Shown here: in pieces, positions 9,141 through 19,347 of the stretch
Position numbering within the stretch: the first letter of the stretch is position 1
Layout of the letters: each line of letters opens with the position of its first letter
Origin: Spirochaetia bacterium
GTDB taxonomy: Bacteria; Spirochaetota; Spirochaetia; UBA9216
Assembly: GCA_965140585.1 (NCBI GenBank)
Contig: OZ223264.1
Coordinates: 256,001 to 320,000 of the forward strand
Direction of reading: 5' to 3'
Length of the DNA stretch: 64,000 bases
Made by a program: the position numbers and the translations under genes
The notes under the pieces: model-generated
Databases searched by the model: none
Seen by the model: the letters and a program-made list of their open reading frames with translations, nothing else
Told to the model about the DNA's origin: nothing

Positions 9141-10367
9141 TTAAATATACCTGAGTGCTTCCACAGGTTCGATTCTTGCTGCCTTTCTTGATGGAATAAA
9201 AGTGGCAAGGGCCGCGATTACTACAGCATAGAAATATACGAATATAGTTTTAGGTATGCTGAGGACCGGATACAGTACCGAGGATATTTCGAAATCCATT
9301 CCGGACATTGCATCGGTAAAATCAATACCGACCTTCTTGAGGTACAGAGTGACGACTACACCCAGCAGCACACCGACTGCAGACCCTATTGCACTTATGA
9401 ATGTCCCCTCAAGAAAGAATAGCCTGATAAGTTCATTGCCATGCATGCCCATTGCCGACATAGTTCCGATCTCACGCATCCTTTCAAATATAACCATCAT
9501 TGTAGTGTTTATTATTACGGTGCTTCCGAGTAGAAAGAATATGAATGCCATGATGTTGTACACATTCTCAGCCAGCTTAAGAAATCCGTACATATCATTC
9601 ATTTCCAGAAGCGGGCTTATCTCAAAGTCCATTCCGTTCGATTTGTATTGCTGTATAAGTTCTGCCGTTTTTTTCTTCGGGTCAATTCCGTCTTTGAGTT
9701 TTATGATGATATCAAGGCTGTTATGGGGCATCCTAAGAAAATACTGGGCGCGGTCAAGCGGCATCCAGAAATACTTGGCATTCATAGTTGCTACAGGGAA
9801 GGTCGCAATTCCTGTAACTTTCAGTGTAATTGCGTTTGTTCCCCGTGCGGCGGTTGTTGTCATAAGGGTGACCTTGTCGCCGATTTTCAGTTTCATATCG
9901 CGGGCAAGGACCGCGCCTATTATCATTTCATTTTTACCGTATTCCGGAAGGCGTCCCTCATGAACAATAGAGTTGATGTTAAGGTAGTCTTTTTCACGTT
10001 CGAGATCTACGCCTACACCGACTGCTCCGAAGTTTGAGCCGTTGAATGCTGCCGGAAAAGTTGTCCGGGGAGTCCATGCCTGAATATCGGAATCAGCATT
10101 GAGGATATCCTTTACGTCATCTACGTTAACTGTAAGGTGAATCGGATTGTAGCGTTCAAATTCCGCAAAGTCCTTATTTCTGATTCTGATGTCGCCGGTG
10201 TAGAAGGATCTGAGGTTTTCAGACATGTCCGCACTCATTCCGCCTATGAAGGCGAATAATATGACTATACTCATTGCAGCGACAGCAATTGCTGTTCCTG
10301 ACAGTATTGAGCGCCGTTTGTTTCTGCTTATATTCCGGAAGGCTGTTTTTGCAAGTTTCTGATTCAT
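9141..10367 (-). CDS. ABC transporter permease (FtsX/LolE/MacB family)
   Basis: 'AFRNISRNKRRS'; 'NTTMMVIFERMREIGTM'; 'PVEALR'. Confidence 0.92.
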   Translation of the reverse strand: MNQKLAKTAFRNISRNKRRSILSGTAIAVAAMSIVILFAFIGGMSADMSENLRSFYTGDIRIRNKDFAEFERYNPIHLTVNVDDVKDILNADSDIQAWTPRTTFPAAFNGSNFGAVGVGVDLEREKDYLNINSIVHEGRLPEYGKNEMIIGAVLARDMKLKIGDKVTLMTTTAARGTNAITLKVTGIATFPVATMNAKYFWMPLDRAQYFLRMPHNSLDIIIKLKDGIDPKKKTAELIQQYKSNGMDFEISPLLEMNDMYGFLKLAENVYNIMAFIFFLLGSTVIINTTMMVIFERMREIGTMSAMGMHGNELIRLFFLEGTFISAIGSAVGVLLGVVVTLYLKKVGIDFTDAMSGMDFEISSVLYPVLSIPKTIFVYFYAVVIAALATFIPSRKAARIEPVEALRYI

Positions 10368-10379
10368 TTCTTCCTCCTT

Positions 10380-11627
10380 CTACTGATGTCTCAGACATGC
10401 GGGGATGTCCATCGACAGGGCCTTTCCGGTGGGAAAGAAGGCAACCAGTGTTGAGATGATTGTGCCTGCAAAGAAGGCTCCAACCATAGTCAGCGGATTC
10501 CAGACCCCCCTCATTACACTCTGAATACGGTAGCCGATATCCATGTCTCTGAGCAGAAATCCAAAGTCAAACCCTATTTCAACAACGTAGATATTCACCA
10601 GGATTCCCAGGATAATTCCGATTACAGAGCCGATAAGACCAATTCCTGCAGCCTCTGTCATGAATGTCATCCGTATTGCCTTGTCGCTCATGCCAAGAGC
10701 CCTCATCATTCCAAGCTCCCTGATGCGCTCAAAGATTGCCATCAGCATTGTGTTTGATATTCCAACAGCCGCTATTATAAATATCAGAAACAGAATCATT
10801 CCTGTTCCCCCTCGTTTGGCTTCGGCAATGGCAAGAAAATCAGCCGCCATCACTTCCCAGTTAAGGGCTGTGTTCCCGCTTCCGGCAATAAGCTGCTGAA
10901 TATCCTTTGTTGCCTGCGCAGTATCGGCATTATCAGGCAGTTTTATGTTGATCTCGGTCACGGCCCCTTCCATCTCAAGATAGTAGTCGGCGGTGGTAAT
11001 GGGCATCATGATGAGCGTGCGGTTTACATTGGGGTTGGGGCAGTTTAAAATTCCGACTATCTCAAGATCTATTGCCTCGTAGAAGCCGCCGTTTCCCCTT
11101 GTTACGATGGTAACCCAGCTGCCCACCTTTGCGTTGATATCTTCGGCAAACCAGGACCCCATAAGTATTGCATCCTCTCCCGGTTCAAGAAAGCGGCCCT
11201 CTACAAGGGTGTCGCTGTAATGAAAGACGTCGTAGTCGTGTTCCGGGTCAATTGCGGTAACCGTTGCCGGCATATTGCCGTCCTCTCCGAAATCCTGGGC
11301 ATTTAAAATCAGATCTCCTGAGAACACGGTCCTTGGTGATGCTGTATAACCTGCTTCATCAAGCTTTTGAAGTATTTCATCAGGGTCTTCTATACTTATA
11401 TCGAGCGGAAGCTGGAACCTGTCTTCCCAGTAATCTTCATCATAGATTCTTACAGAGGAAGTTTCATACCATTTCAGGTTTCGCACCGATTCATATTCCG
11501 CGCCTTTGAGCATTGAATCTACCATTATGAACATCATGATTCCGAATGCTATGGCGCCCGCTGTTATGAGTGTCCTTCTCTTGTATCTTGTAAGGTTTTT
11601 AAATGCGAGTGTTACTATAAAACGCAT
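10380..11627 (-). CDS. ABC transporter permease (FtsX/LolC/MacB family)
   Basis: 'AFKNLTRYKRRT'; 'NTMLMAIFERIRELGMMRALG'. Confidence 0.92.
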   Translation of the reverse strand: MRFIVTLAFKNLTRYKRRTLITAGAIAFGIMMFIMVDSMLKGAEYESVRNLKWYETSSVRIYDEDYWEDRFQLPLDISIEDPDEILQKLDEAGYTASPRTVFSGDLILNAQDFGEDGNMPATVTAIDPEHDYDVFHYSDTLVEGRFLEPGEDAILMGSWFAEDINAKVGSWVTIVTRGNGGFYEAIDLEIVGILNCPNPNVNRTLIMMPITTADYYLEMEGAVTEINIKLPDNADTAQATKDIQQLIAGSGNTALNWEVMAADFLAIAEAKRGGTGMILFLIFIIAAVGISNTMLMAIFERIRELGMMRALGMSDKAIRMTFMTEAAGIGLIGSVIGIILGILVNIYVVEIGFDFGFLLRDMDIGYRIQSVMRGVWNPLTMVGAFFAGTIISTLVAFFPTGKALSMDIPACLRHQ

Positions 11628-11630
11628 TTT

Positions 11631-12308
11631 TTACCTCCTTTCGTCGTTCTGAATCTGTCCGTCGTGCAGCAGTACAAGTCTTTTGGCATAATCCATAACC
11701 ATTCTGTCGTGGGTGGAAAAAATAAAGGTTGTATTATATTTCTGATTCATTTCCTGCATCAGTTTAAGAATGTCTTCACCTGTTTCTGAGTCCAGGTTTG
11801 CTGTTGGCTCGTCGGCTAGAATGATTTCAGGGTGTTTGACCAGGGCTCTGGCGATGGCGACACGCTGCTGCTGTCCGCCTGACAGCCGGTCGGGTCTGCG
11901 GTTTTCCATTCCCTTCAGGCCTACTTCTTTGAGAATCCCCATGCTGCGGGATCTAACCTCCTCTTCTTTCAGATCAAGAAGAGAGAGGGCAAAGGCTACA
12001 TTTTCATAGGCTGTCAGGACGGGTATCAGGTTATAGGTTTGAAAGATGAATCCAAGGTTTTTTCGCCGGAATTCGGTCTTTTCCTTCTTGCTCATCCTGG
12101 ATACAGGAACTCCCTTAATTGAGATTTCACCTGAATCGAGGGCGTCTATGCAGCCGATCAGGTTGAGAAGGGTTGTCTTTCCCGAGCCTGACGGGCCTGC
12201 TATTGATATAAATTCACCTGAGTCAATGTTCAGAGAAACGCCCTTAAGCGCCTGAACTTCTGTTTCTCCGGCTTTGTAGGTTCTTACGACTGAATCAATC
12301 TTTATCAT
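11631..12308 (-). CDS. ABC transporter ATP-binding protein (LolD-like)
   Basis: GPSGSGKT; LSGGQQQR; [11 protein letters not shown]. Confidence 0.95.
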   Translation of the reverse strand: MIKIDSVVRTYKAGETEVQALKGVSLNIDSGEFISIAGPSGSGKTTLLNLIGCIDALDSGEISIKGVPVSRMSKKEKTEFRRKNLGFIFQTYNLIPVLTAYENVAFALSLLDLKEEEVRSRSMGILKEVGLKGMENRRPDRLSGGQQQRVAIARALVKHPEIILADEPTANLDSETGEDILKLMQEMNQKYNTTFIFSTHDRMVMDYAKRLVLLHDGQIQNDERR

Positions 12309-13362
12309 TTAATTTCTCCTTACTAAGCGCTGCAGTGCCCATTACGGTTCCGAGGTTCATGCTGTCCAAAACCGATGACGGCATCAGCATCATTGAGCTG
12401 TTCTTTCTTAATCCCTCATAAACGATATTCATAGCCCTAAGCTGCAGGGCTTCCGGATTTTCCCTGTATTTTTCAGCAGCCTTCTCGTATCGTTCGGCTA
12501 CTTCGACCTCGGCTTCGGCCAGTATTACCCTTGATTTACGTTCCCTTTCAGCCTGTGCCTGCTTGCTGAGTGAGTCCTCAAGCTCTTTGGGTATGATTAT
12601 GTCGGTAATCTCAATGGATAAAATAGTTACACCCCATGGGTTGGTCTTGTTGTCCAGGATTTTCTGTATTTCCTTTCCAAGCTCATCCCGTTCAGAGAGC
12701 AGTGTTGCAAGATCGTATTTACCTATTGAGTCACGAAGAGCTGTCTGGGCTGACAGAATAACAGCTTCCAGGTAATTTTCCACTTCAAGGATGGCCTGTT
12801 TGGCATCCCAGATCATCCAGAAAGCCAGTGCATCAACGTGGACCGGCACAGTGTCTCTGGTGAGTGTTTTTTCCGCACTGAAGTCGGTGGCTCTGATTCT
12901 TGTATCAACAAAAGCTGCGGTCCGATCAAGCAGCGGCAGAAGCAGGAATAAGCCCGGTCCATGTACCTTCTGGAACCGTCCCATGCGCAGGATAACAACC
13001 TTATCCCACTGATATACAAGTTCTACGGATGCAGAAAGAAGCAGCCCTATGGAAGCTGCGGCGGCTATGGGGTAGAAGCTAATATCGTAAAATGCAATGA
13101 GTCCGATCCAATCTGCGCAAATTACAACTATCACCATTATCCACAGTGGTATAACGGCAATAACTACACCGCTTAAGAGTGCCGCGGATGCGATAAATAC
13201 AATATCCTGCATCAGGGCATCCGGAACTACTTTCAGCTGTATAAGCAGTCCCGCCGTAATTATTATGCCCAGTACCAGAAATGATACAGCACTGTAGCTG
13301 AAGTCTCTTGATATTACGGTTTTACTGAAGTTTTTAATTCGATCAAATTTGGGTTCAAACAT
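12295..13362 (-). CDS. SPFH/stomatin (slipin) family membrane protein with extra N-terminal TM helices
   Basis: Band-7 motifs 'AQTALRDSIG' and 'KQAQAERE'; start placed at ATG 13362 after a GGAGG RBS. Confidence 0.88.
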   Translation of the reverse strand: MFEPKFDRIKNFSKTVISRDFSYSAVSFLVLGIIITAGLLIQLKVVPDALMQDIVFIASAALLSGVVIAVIPLWIMVIVVICADWIGLIAFYDISFYPIAAAASIGLLLSASVELVYQWDKVVILRMGRFQKVHGPGLFLLLPLLDRTAAFVDTRIRATDFSAEKTLTRDTVPVHVDALAFWMIWDAKQAILEVENYLEAVILSAQTALRDSIGKYDLATLLSERDELGKEIQKILDNKTNPWGVTILSIEITDIIIPKELEDSLSKQAQAERERKSRVILAEAEVEVAERYEKAAEKYRENPEALQLRAMNIVYEGLRKNSSMMLMPSSVLDSMNLGTVMGTAALSKEKLNDKD

Positions 13363-13777
13363 GCTCACCCTCCTTCTCCTTGTTTCCAGCTTCATGAAGC
13401 TGAAGGTATTCAATTATTTCGTTTAATGTGAAGCCATAAGACCCGGCTTTGGATATGAATGATTTGACTATTGATGAAAGGACTTTTTCTCTTCTGATTT
13501 CGTCAAGCTCAACCTTTTTTCCGCTAATGAATGTTCCGGTTCCCTGCTGGGTAGTTACTATTCCCCTTATTTCAAGTTCATTATATGCCCTTGCAACTGT
13601 GTTGGGATTGATACGGAGCTCTACTGCAAGACTGCGTACTGTCGGAAGCTGTTCTCCGGTAACCAGCCTGCCGTCGGCTATTGCCATCTCGATCTGCAGG
13701 ATTACCTGTTTGTAGAACGGAACACCGCTTTTAGGATCAAGGCTGAATTTTATTTTATTAAAACCGCTATCTGCCAC
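13355..13777 (-). CDS. GntR family regulator, YtrA subfamily
   Basis: 'LPTVRSLAVELRINPNTVARAY' wHTH; short C-terminal domain; heads an ABC operon. Confidence 0.92.
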   Translation of the reverse strand: MADSGFNKIKFSLDPKSGVPFYKQVILQIEMAIADGRLVTGEQLPTVRSLAVELRINPNTVARAYNELEIRGIVTTQQGTGTFISGKKVELDEIRREKVLSSIVKSFISKAGSYGFTLNEIIEYLQLHEAGNKEKEGEHV

Positions 13778-13798
13778 CTTTATTCCCCGTTAGTAAAA

Positions 13799-13854
13799 AT
13801 TGTATTAAAACCTTAGTACAATAAAACTATAGTTCTTTCAAACATGTCTGTCAA
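13799..13854 (-). promoter_or_regulatory. Sigma-70 promoter and YtrA-type operator
   Basis: TTGACA-17-TATAGT on the minus strand, followed by palindrome ATTGTATTAA-AACC-TTAGTACAAT (13799-13822). Confidence 0.75.
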
Positions 13855-13906
13855 CAAATTTCAACGATATTTTGATTATCAGCAGTAAATAGGCTATAAT
13901 TCAGCC

Positions 13907-14248
13907 ATGTTATATACATTATTGGTTCCGATTGCGGGAATTTCCCTACTTGTTTTGATGGTTCTGACTGTCCTGTTCGGTCTGAGAGTTATCAAGGTTA
14001 AAATGAAGGTTCACCGGGCCACCGGCTATGCGGTGCTGGTTCTTGCGGCCTTTCATGGAGTTTTTGGATGGCTGACATTTTTTCCCTACTTCCTTCCTAA
14101 CATTATTTCAGGTACGGTTCTGTTTTTACTTATACTCACAAATATCCTTTTATGGAGAGCAAAAAAGATCAAGTTCAAGACTCACCGTCTTCTTGGTATT
14201 ATTTCAATGGTAATTGCTCTGCTGCATGGATTATTCGGAATCCTGTAG
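13907..14248 (+). CDS. Small 4-TM membrane protein with two H-x13-H helices (possible di-heme cytochrome b)
   Basis: Internal duplication 'VHR...FHG' / 'THR...LHG'. Confidence 0.65.
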   Translation: MLYTLLVPIAGISLLVLMVLTVLFGLRVIKVKMKVHRATGYAVLVLAAFHGVFGWLTFFPYFLPNIISGTVLFLLILTNILLWRAKKIKFKTHRLLGIISMVIALLHGLFGIL

Positions 14249-14298
14249 ATTTTTAGGCAGAAATTTAATAGCATAAACATATTTATTCAGGAGATTAT

Positions 14299-14784
14299 AT
14301 GAGCGGATGTCCCTGCGGAAGCGGAAAAAGCTACACAGCATGCTGTGAACCGTATATAAAAGGAAAGTCTTCAGCCCCTACGGCGGAAGCGCTGATGAGA
14401 GCAAGATATACTGCCTATGTTAAACAGGAAATTGATTTTATAGAGGCTACTCACAGCCAGGAGCGCCGAAACCGGCTTGATATTAAAGAAACTGAAAAAT
14501 GGGCCCGTGAGTCTGAATGGCTGGGGCTTGAGATTCTAAAAACTGAGCAGGGGCAGCCCGGTGATGAGACCGGTATTGTTGAGTTTATTGCTAAATTCAG
14601 ACAGGACGGCACTGACTACGATCATCATGAAGTGAGTACTTTTAACAGTGTTGACGGAAAATGGTTTTTCAATGACGGATATACCCCCTCTGCAACTGTT
14701 GTACGGGATTCTCCCAAAGTAGGCAGAAACGATCCCTGTCCCTGCGGCAGCGGAAAGAAATACAAGAAGTGCTGCGGCGCCTGA
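14299..14784 (+). CDS. ychJ: YchJ family protein with SEC-C motifs
   Basis: N-terminal CPCGSG; '[10 protein letters not shown]'; C-terminal '[19 protein letters not shown]'. Confidence 0.92.
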   Translation: MSGCPCGSGKSYTACCEPYIKGKSSAPTAEALMRARYTAYVKQEIDFIEATHSQERRNRLDIKETEKWARESEWLGLEILKTEQGQPGDETGIVEFIAKFRQDGTDYDHHEVSTFNSVDGKWFFNDGYTPSATVVRDSPKVGRNDPCPCGSGKKYKKCCGA

Positions 14785-14829
14785 GCCCGGAATAAACACG
14801 GGTATGCCGGGCTGAATATTACTCTTTAT

Positions 14830-15144
14830 TTATAAGAAATTGAGCAGCATCATGTAAACTGCTGTTCCTCCGAAGATACTTACCAGCGGATGCCTGAACA
14901 GCAGGTGTAAAACGGTTACGGCCGCCGCACCGGCCCAGGGCGTCCAGCTGCCGCCTGACAGCATTCCGCTATTAATAGGGAGACTTGTCAGTACAAGAAC
15001 AGTCATTACGGCTCCCGGAATCAGTCTTGCTCCGGAAAGCAGCCACTGCGGAGGCTTCCGTTTTGAGAACAGAAGGAAGGGGAAGGCTCTTGTGAACTGG
15101 GTTGCCGCAGTCATCACAACAATTGCAATAATTATTCTATACAT
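14830..15144 (-). CDS. azlD: AzlD family branched-chain amino acid exporter, small subunit
   Basis: 'TRAFPFLLF'; 'SIFGGT'; follows azlC. Confidence 0.85.
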   Translation of the reverse strand: MYRIIIAIVVMTAATQFTRAFPFLLFSKRKPPQWLLSGARLIPGAVMTVLVLTSLPINSGMLSGGSWTPWAGAAAVTVLHLLFRHPLVSIFGGTAVYMMLLNFL

Positions 15145-15841
15145 CTGCGGCCTCTCTGCTTTTTTCAGGCTTTTTTTTCATAAAAAAGCATCCGACTGAG
15201 CTTGTGATAATTCCAAAAAGAAGTGCCTGATCCCTGAATCCCAGAACTATCAGCAGAATCACTGCAGCCCCTGCAAGGATAAATGGCTCCGGCCGCCTCA
15301 GTGTTTTTATCTGCTCTATCATCAGTACAATGAAAAGAGCGGTTAATGCAAAATCAAGTCCCGGAGCATTCCAGCTTATTACAGACCCGAAAGCCGCTCC
15401 CAGCAGTCCTCCGAGTGTCCAGTAGCCCTGGTTAAGCGCTGTTATATAGAAATCAAATCTCTCAGGATCGGTGCCTGCGGGCGGGGTTATTGTTGTGAAC
15501 AGTGCGTATGTTTCATCGGTGAGACCGAAAATAAGATACTTTTTAAATTTTTTAAAAGGGGCAAACCTTTCCAGCAGTGAGAAGCCGTACACCATATGCC
15601 GTGCATTCAGCAGGAATATTGCAAGGCCCATTTCAAAAAGTCCCGCTCCGCTTGTTATAAGGCTGATGGCCATGAACTGGGCGGCACCGGCGAAGATCGT
15701 AAGGCTCATGATAGGTGCCCAATACCACTGCAGCCCCGATTTTACAAGAAGAAAGCCGTATGCAAAGCCGATTGAAATGTATCCGAAGAATACAGGTGCC
15801 GAGGCTTTCAGTGCATGAGGAAAAGTTTTTAACGACTTCAT
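15137..15841 (-). CDS. azlC: AzlC family branched-chain amino acid exporter
   Basis: 'FAGAAQF'; 'NARHMVYG'; 'LTDETYA'. Confidence 0.92.
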   Translation of the reverse strand: MKSLKTFPHALKASAPVFFGYISIGFAYGFLLVKSGLQWYWAPIMSLTIFAGAAQFMAISLITSGAGLFEMGLAIFLLNARHMVYGFSLLERFAPFKKFKKYLIFGLTDETYALFTTITPPAGTDPERFDFYITALNQGYWTLGGLLGAAFGSVISWNAPGLDFALTALFIVLMIEQIKTLRRPEPFILAGAAVILLIVLGFRDQALLFGIITSSVGCFFMKKKPEKSREAADV

Positions 15842-15896
15842 TATTTACCGATAATACCCGAATTGGAATTGCGGGTAAAGGAGGGAATCCTTCGTT

Positions 15897-17123
15897 CTAT
15901 TCTATTCTTCTGAGTTCTTCCGCTTCGCCGGCAGCAAGGTTACTGCATTTTACTGAAGTAAACATATTTCTACCGTTTTCCTTGGAGTAGTAAAGAGCAG
16001 TGTCTGCCAGACTGATAATATTCTCAATCGCTGAGAAGTCCGCGGATGTATGCGGGTGTGCTGTAAATACTCCGCCTGAAATGGTAACATTAATGTTTTT
16101 GCCACCGGCATTAAAGGGTATCTCCGATATTTTTTCTCTTATCCGCTTTACGAAGTCTTTGATAAACTCCTCCCGGGTATGACGAAGAATCAGCATGAAC
16201 TCCTCTCCTCCCCAGCGTATCAGAATGTCATTCGACCTGATAATAGAAACTAATCTTTTGCTGAATTCCTGAAGAACAAGGTCTCCAATTTCATGACCGT
16301 AGGTATCGTTAACTTTCTTAAAGTGGTCGAGATCCAGAAGTAAAACTGCATAGCAGTCGTTTGCACAGCTGTCTGCAGTTCGCTGGACAGGCTCTGATCC
16401 TGCAGGACCTGTGAATTTAATAAAATCAATAATCTCCGGCTTGATTATACTGTCAAAGAAAAGCCTGTTTTTAAGACCTGTAAGATGATCGGTCAATGAT
16501 AATTCCTCAACCTTTTTATGACTCAGAAAGGTTTTTCTATTGGCTTCCTGAATTATGGCTGTTGCCAGGATGCCGATTAACAGCATTGTGACCAGATAGA
16601 TTATTTTGACAAGACTTCGGATCGGATCGTCAACAACGAAGACACTGTCCACAATTATTGCAGAGATTACAACAATCAAACCGGTTATTGTTGCCGGTTT
16701 GATAGGGATTTTTCCTGTTCCAAAAAAGAAAATAAGGATTTGAGTTATCCCGTAAAAGTAAAGTCCTGCATACTCGCTTTCCCGCGCTATGTATTCCATT
16801 GCAATGACAGCCCCGGATGAAATCAGAACTAATATTATAATCAGTAAAAGTGGATGATTCTTAAAATACACTATATAGGTTAGTAAATAGGCTGCCAGAC
16901 AATAAGGAAGGAATATTCCAAGGCGGATAATCAGAAATGATTTAAATAGATTTCCGAATAGCAGAAAATCCAGCGGCAGATATACTGTGAACAGAGCCGC
17001 TCCAATTATTATTATCATCCGTAACTGTTCCGGACTATTGAGCGAACGCCTGAATTCTGTTTCAGTTTTAATATCCTTGAAATGCAGTCCGGTTTTAAAT
17101 TGTTCGCTGAATATTTTCATCAT
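15897..17123 (-). CDS. Membrane-bound diguanylate cyclase
   Basis: About 6 TM helices; 'DHLTGLKNR'; RxxD I-site (RSND); GGEEF. Confidence 0.92.
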   Translation of the reverse strand: MMKIFSEQFKTGLHFKDIKTETEFRRSLNSPEQLRMIIIIGAALFTVYLPLDFLLFGNLFKSFLIIRLGIFLPYCLAAYLLTYIVYFKNHPLLLIIILVLISSGAVIAMEYIARESEYAGLYFYGITQILIFFFGTGKIPIKPATITGLIVVISAIIVDSVFVVDDPIRSLVKIIYLVTMLLIGILATAIIQEANRKTFLSHKKVEELSLTDHLTGLKNRLFFDSIIKPEIIDFIKFTGPAGSEPVQRTADSCANDCYAVLLLDLDHFKKVNDTYGHEIGDLVLQEFSKRLVSIIRSNDILIRWGGEEFMLILRHTREEFIKDFVKRIREKISEIPFNAGGKNINVTISGGVFTAHPHTSADFSAIENIISLADTALYYSKENGRNMFTSVKCSNLAAGEAEELRRIE

Positions 17124-17236
17124 TTAAGTATATATTAATTGTTCAGACTTTCAACGAAATCAAAATTTTCCATGACTAAAAATCCCTTAGGAGTTATAAT
17201 CAATAAAGAAATATCAGTATTGCAGCAGGTAAAGTA

Positions 17237-17800
17237 ATGGGAAAAGAACAACCGGAGCGGATCTTAGGCGCAAATATCCGCAAATTAAGGAAAAAACGCG
17301 GGATTTCGCTTCAGGATATTGCGGCCAATACCGGAGTATCAAAAAGTTTCATCTCCCAGGTTGAAAACGGAAAGACCCAGCCTTCACTCTCCACCTTGAT
17401 AAGTATAGCTGAATATCTGGATACAAGTATAAATACACTTCTTGATGATCACAGCCCTGAACCCGGCCCCATGGTTAAGGAAGATGAACAGAAAACAGTA
17501 ATATACGCCGACGGCATAGTCATGAATATGCTCACAAAATCAGAAACCTATAAGCAGATTCAGCCTATCCTGTATGAACTTGAGGCCGGGGCGAGCTCCG
17601 GAAAAAAACAGTATCAGCATTTCGGTCAGGAGTTTGTTTATATTATCGAAGGATGTCTTGAGATTGAACTCGGCGGTGAGATTTATAATCTGGAAAAAGG
17701 CGACAGCCTGTACTTCAATTCAACAGTTCCGCATAGTTTCAGAAACAAGTCCTGTGAACTTACCAAAGCTCTCTGGATAGATACCCCGGCAACCCTGTAG
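17237..17800 (+). CDS. XRE-family HTH regulator with cupin domain (PuuR-like)
   Basis: HTH_3 N-terminus; cupin 'HFGQEFVYIIEG...PHSFRN'. Confidence 0.9.
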   Translation: MGKEQPERILGANIRKLRKKRGISLQDIAANTGVSKSFISQVENGKTQPSLSTLISIAEYLDTSINTLLDDHSPEPGPMVKEDEQKTVIYADGIVMNMLTKSETYKQIQPILYELEAGASSGKKQYQHFGQEFVYIIEGCLEIELGGEIYNLEKGDSLYFNSTVPHSFRNKSCELTKALWIDTPATL

Positions 17801-17802
17801 TC

Positions 17803-18339
17803 TCAGGATTTAAGCGGTACCTCAGCGATAGGAATATAATTCAGTTTACCATCAACCTTTCGGCTTTCCATGAGATAAAGGGAAGTTATATTTTCGGAGG
17901 GCAGATCAAATCTTGTTTTCTTTAAAATTTTAAGAGTGCTGTAGCTGATCCGGCATCTTCGTATAAGTGTGATGTGCGGCTTCATTGGTTTAAAATCACC
18001 GACTGAACAGTTTTTCCGGATAAAATCGGATATGGATGTAAGCGAGTCTCGTCCGCTTTTAACTTTTACATAGATGAGATCCTCTTTTCCCTGCCTGAAA
18101 GAGCCGAATGAACTCAGGCGGATTGAAAAAGAAGGAAATATAAGGGCTGCTTTTTCAAGAACAGCTTTGAACTCCGGAATCTGCCCGGGTTCCGCCTCTC
18201 CTATGAAATGAAGGGTCAGATGCAGGTTTTCTATATCTGTGTATTTGCCCTGTGCTCGGTGCTCCCGAAGGCTGTTCTGGAGATCTGCGAGCTGGATGCC
18301 TATCACCGGACCCGGGTTAACCGCAAAGAAGAGTCTCAA
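17803..18339 (-). CDS. thpR: RNA 2',3'-cyclic phosphodiesterase (2H family)
   Basis: 'RLFFAV'; two HxT motifs (HLTL, HITL). Confidence 0.88.
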   Translation of the reverse strand: MRLFFAVNPGPVIGIQLADLQNSLREHRAQGKYTDIENLHLTLHFIGEAEPGQIPEFKAVLEKAALIFPSFSIRLSSFGSFRQGKEDLIYVKVKSGRDSLTSISDFIRKNCSVGDFKPMKPHITLIRRCRISYSTLKILKKTRFDLPSENITSLYLMESRKVDGKLNYIPIAEVPLKS

Positions 18340-18785
18340 ACCTCAGCCTCCGATAGTGACTGAATAAGTTTTAAGAGGGTTTGTTTCATTGATGCTATCT
18401 CTTCAAGCTGTATGTCTTCACTTCCAATATCGCCAACCAGTTTGGATGGAATATCAGCTGCTTTCTCGCGCAGAATTCTACCCTTTTCAGTGAGGCTTAC
18501 AATGACTTTTCGTTCATCTTCCGCTGAGCGCTTTCTTATCAAGAGTTCATTCTGCTCCATGCGTTTCAGCAGCGGGGTGATCGTATTAGTATTCAGAATT
18601 AGTTTTTCCGCAATATAGTTTACCGGAAGTCCGTCTGTTTCCCAGAGCACCATCATCACCAGATACTGTGGATAGGTAATTCCAAGAGCATCCAGATGCG
18701 GCTGGTATGCTCTTGTTATTAGTCTTGAAGCTGCATAAACCGGGAAGCAGATCTGGTTTTCAAGTTTTAGTTGTTCGAATGCCAT
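18336..18785 (-). CDS. ohrR: MarR family regulator, OhrR-like
   Basis: 'LENQICFPVYAASR' with the conserved Cys; 'ITYPQYLV'. Confidence 0.85.
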   Translation of the reverse strand: MAFEQLKLENQICFPVYAASRLITRAYQPHLDALGITYPQYLVMMVLWETDGLPVNYIAEKLILNTNTITPLLKRMEQNELLIRKRSAEDERKVIVSLTEKGRILREKAADIPSKLVGDIGSEDIQLEEIASMKQTLLKLIQSLSEAEV

Positions 18786-18824
18786 TAGACCAAAAATACT
18801 TTATTTTGAGCCGGCCTGCAATAC

Positions 18825-19316
18825 TCAGGCTGACTCGGCCAGAAGCGACTCTACTTTTCCCGCAAGTTTAAGAGGATCTGTAGTCGGAGAAAATCTTTTA
18901 ACGGGATTGCCGTTACGGTCTATCAGAAATTTGGTAAAATTCCATTTAACGCTGTCTCCGATAGCTCCCGGAAGCTGTTTTCGCAGATACTTGAAAACCG
19001 GATGGGCTTCCGCGCCATTCACATTTACCTTACTGAAAAGCGGAAAGTTAACGCCGAAATTCAGACTGCAGAACTGTTTGATGTCGTTATCATCTCCGGG
19101 TTCCTGATGTGCAAACTGATCACAGGGAAAGCCGAGGATTTCCAGTCCGGAATCCTTGTACTTGTCGTAGAGTTCCTGCAGTGATTTGTACTGCGGTGTA
19201 AATCCGCATTTGCTTGCAGTGTTTACTACAAGGACTACCTTGCCCCTGTATTCTTCAAGTACTTTTTCTTTTCCGTCTATGCTCTTTGCTTTAAGGCTGT
19301 AAAAATCGTTATTCAT
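18825..19316 (-). CDS. gpx: Glutathione peroxidase family (Cys-type)
   Basis: 'VNTASKCGFTPQY'; 'GFPCDQF'; 'KWNFTKF'. Confidence 0.95.
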   Translation of the reverse strand: MNNDFYSLKAKSIDGKEKVLEEYRGKVVLVVNTASKCGFTPQYKSLQELYDKYKDSGLEILGFPCDQFAHQEPGDDNDIKQFCSLNFGVNFPLFSKVNVNGAEAHPVFKYLRKQLPGAIGDSVKWNFTKFLIDRNGNPVKRFSPTTDPLKLAGKVESLLAESA

Positions 19317-19347
19317 AGTTTACTCCAGAAATATTGTATCTACTATG

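Noticed and set aside
9256-9963. 235-aa plus-strand ORF and the many similar antisense ORFs in the track
   Set aside because: They are shadows of well-supported genes on the opposite strand and carry no motifs.
18825-19316. Possible selenocysteine glutathione peroxidase
   Set aside because: The active-site codon is Cys (TGC) and there is no in-frame TGA.
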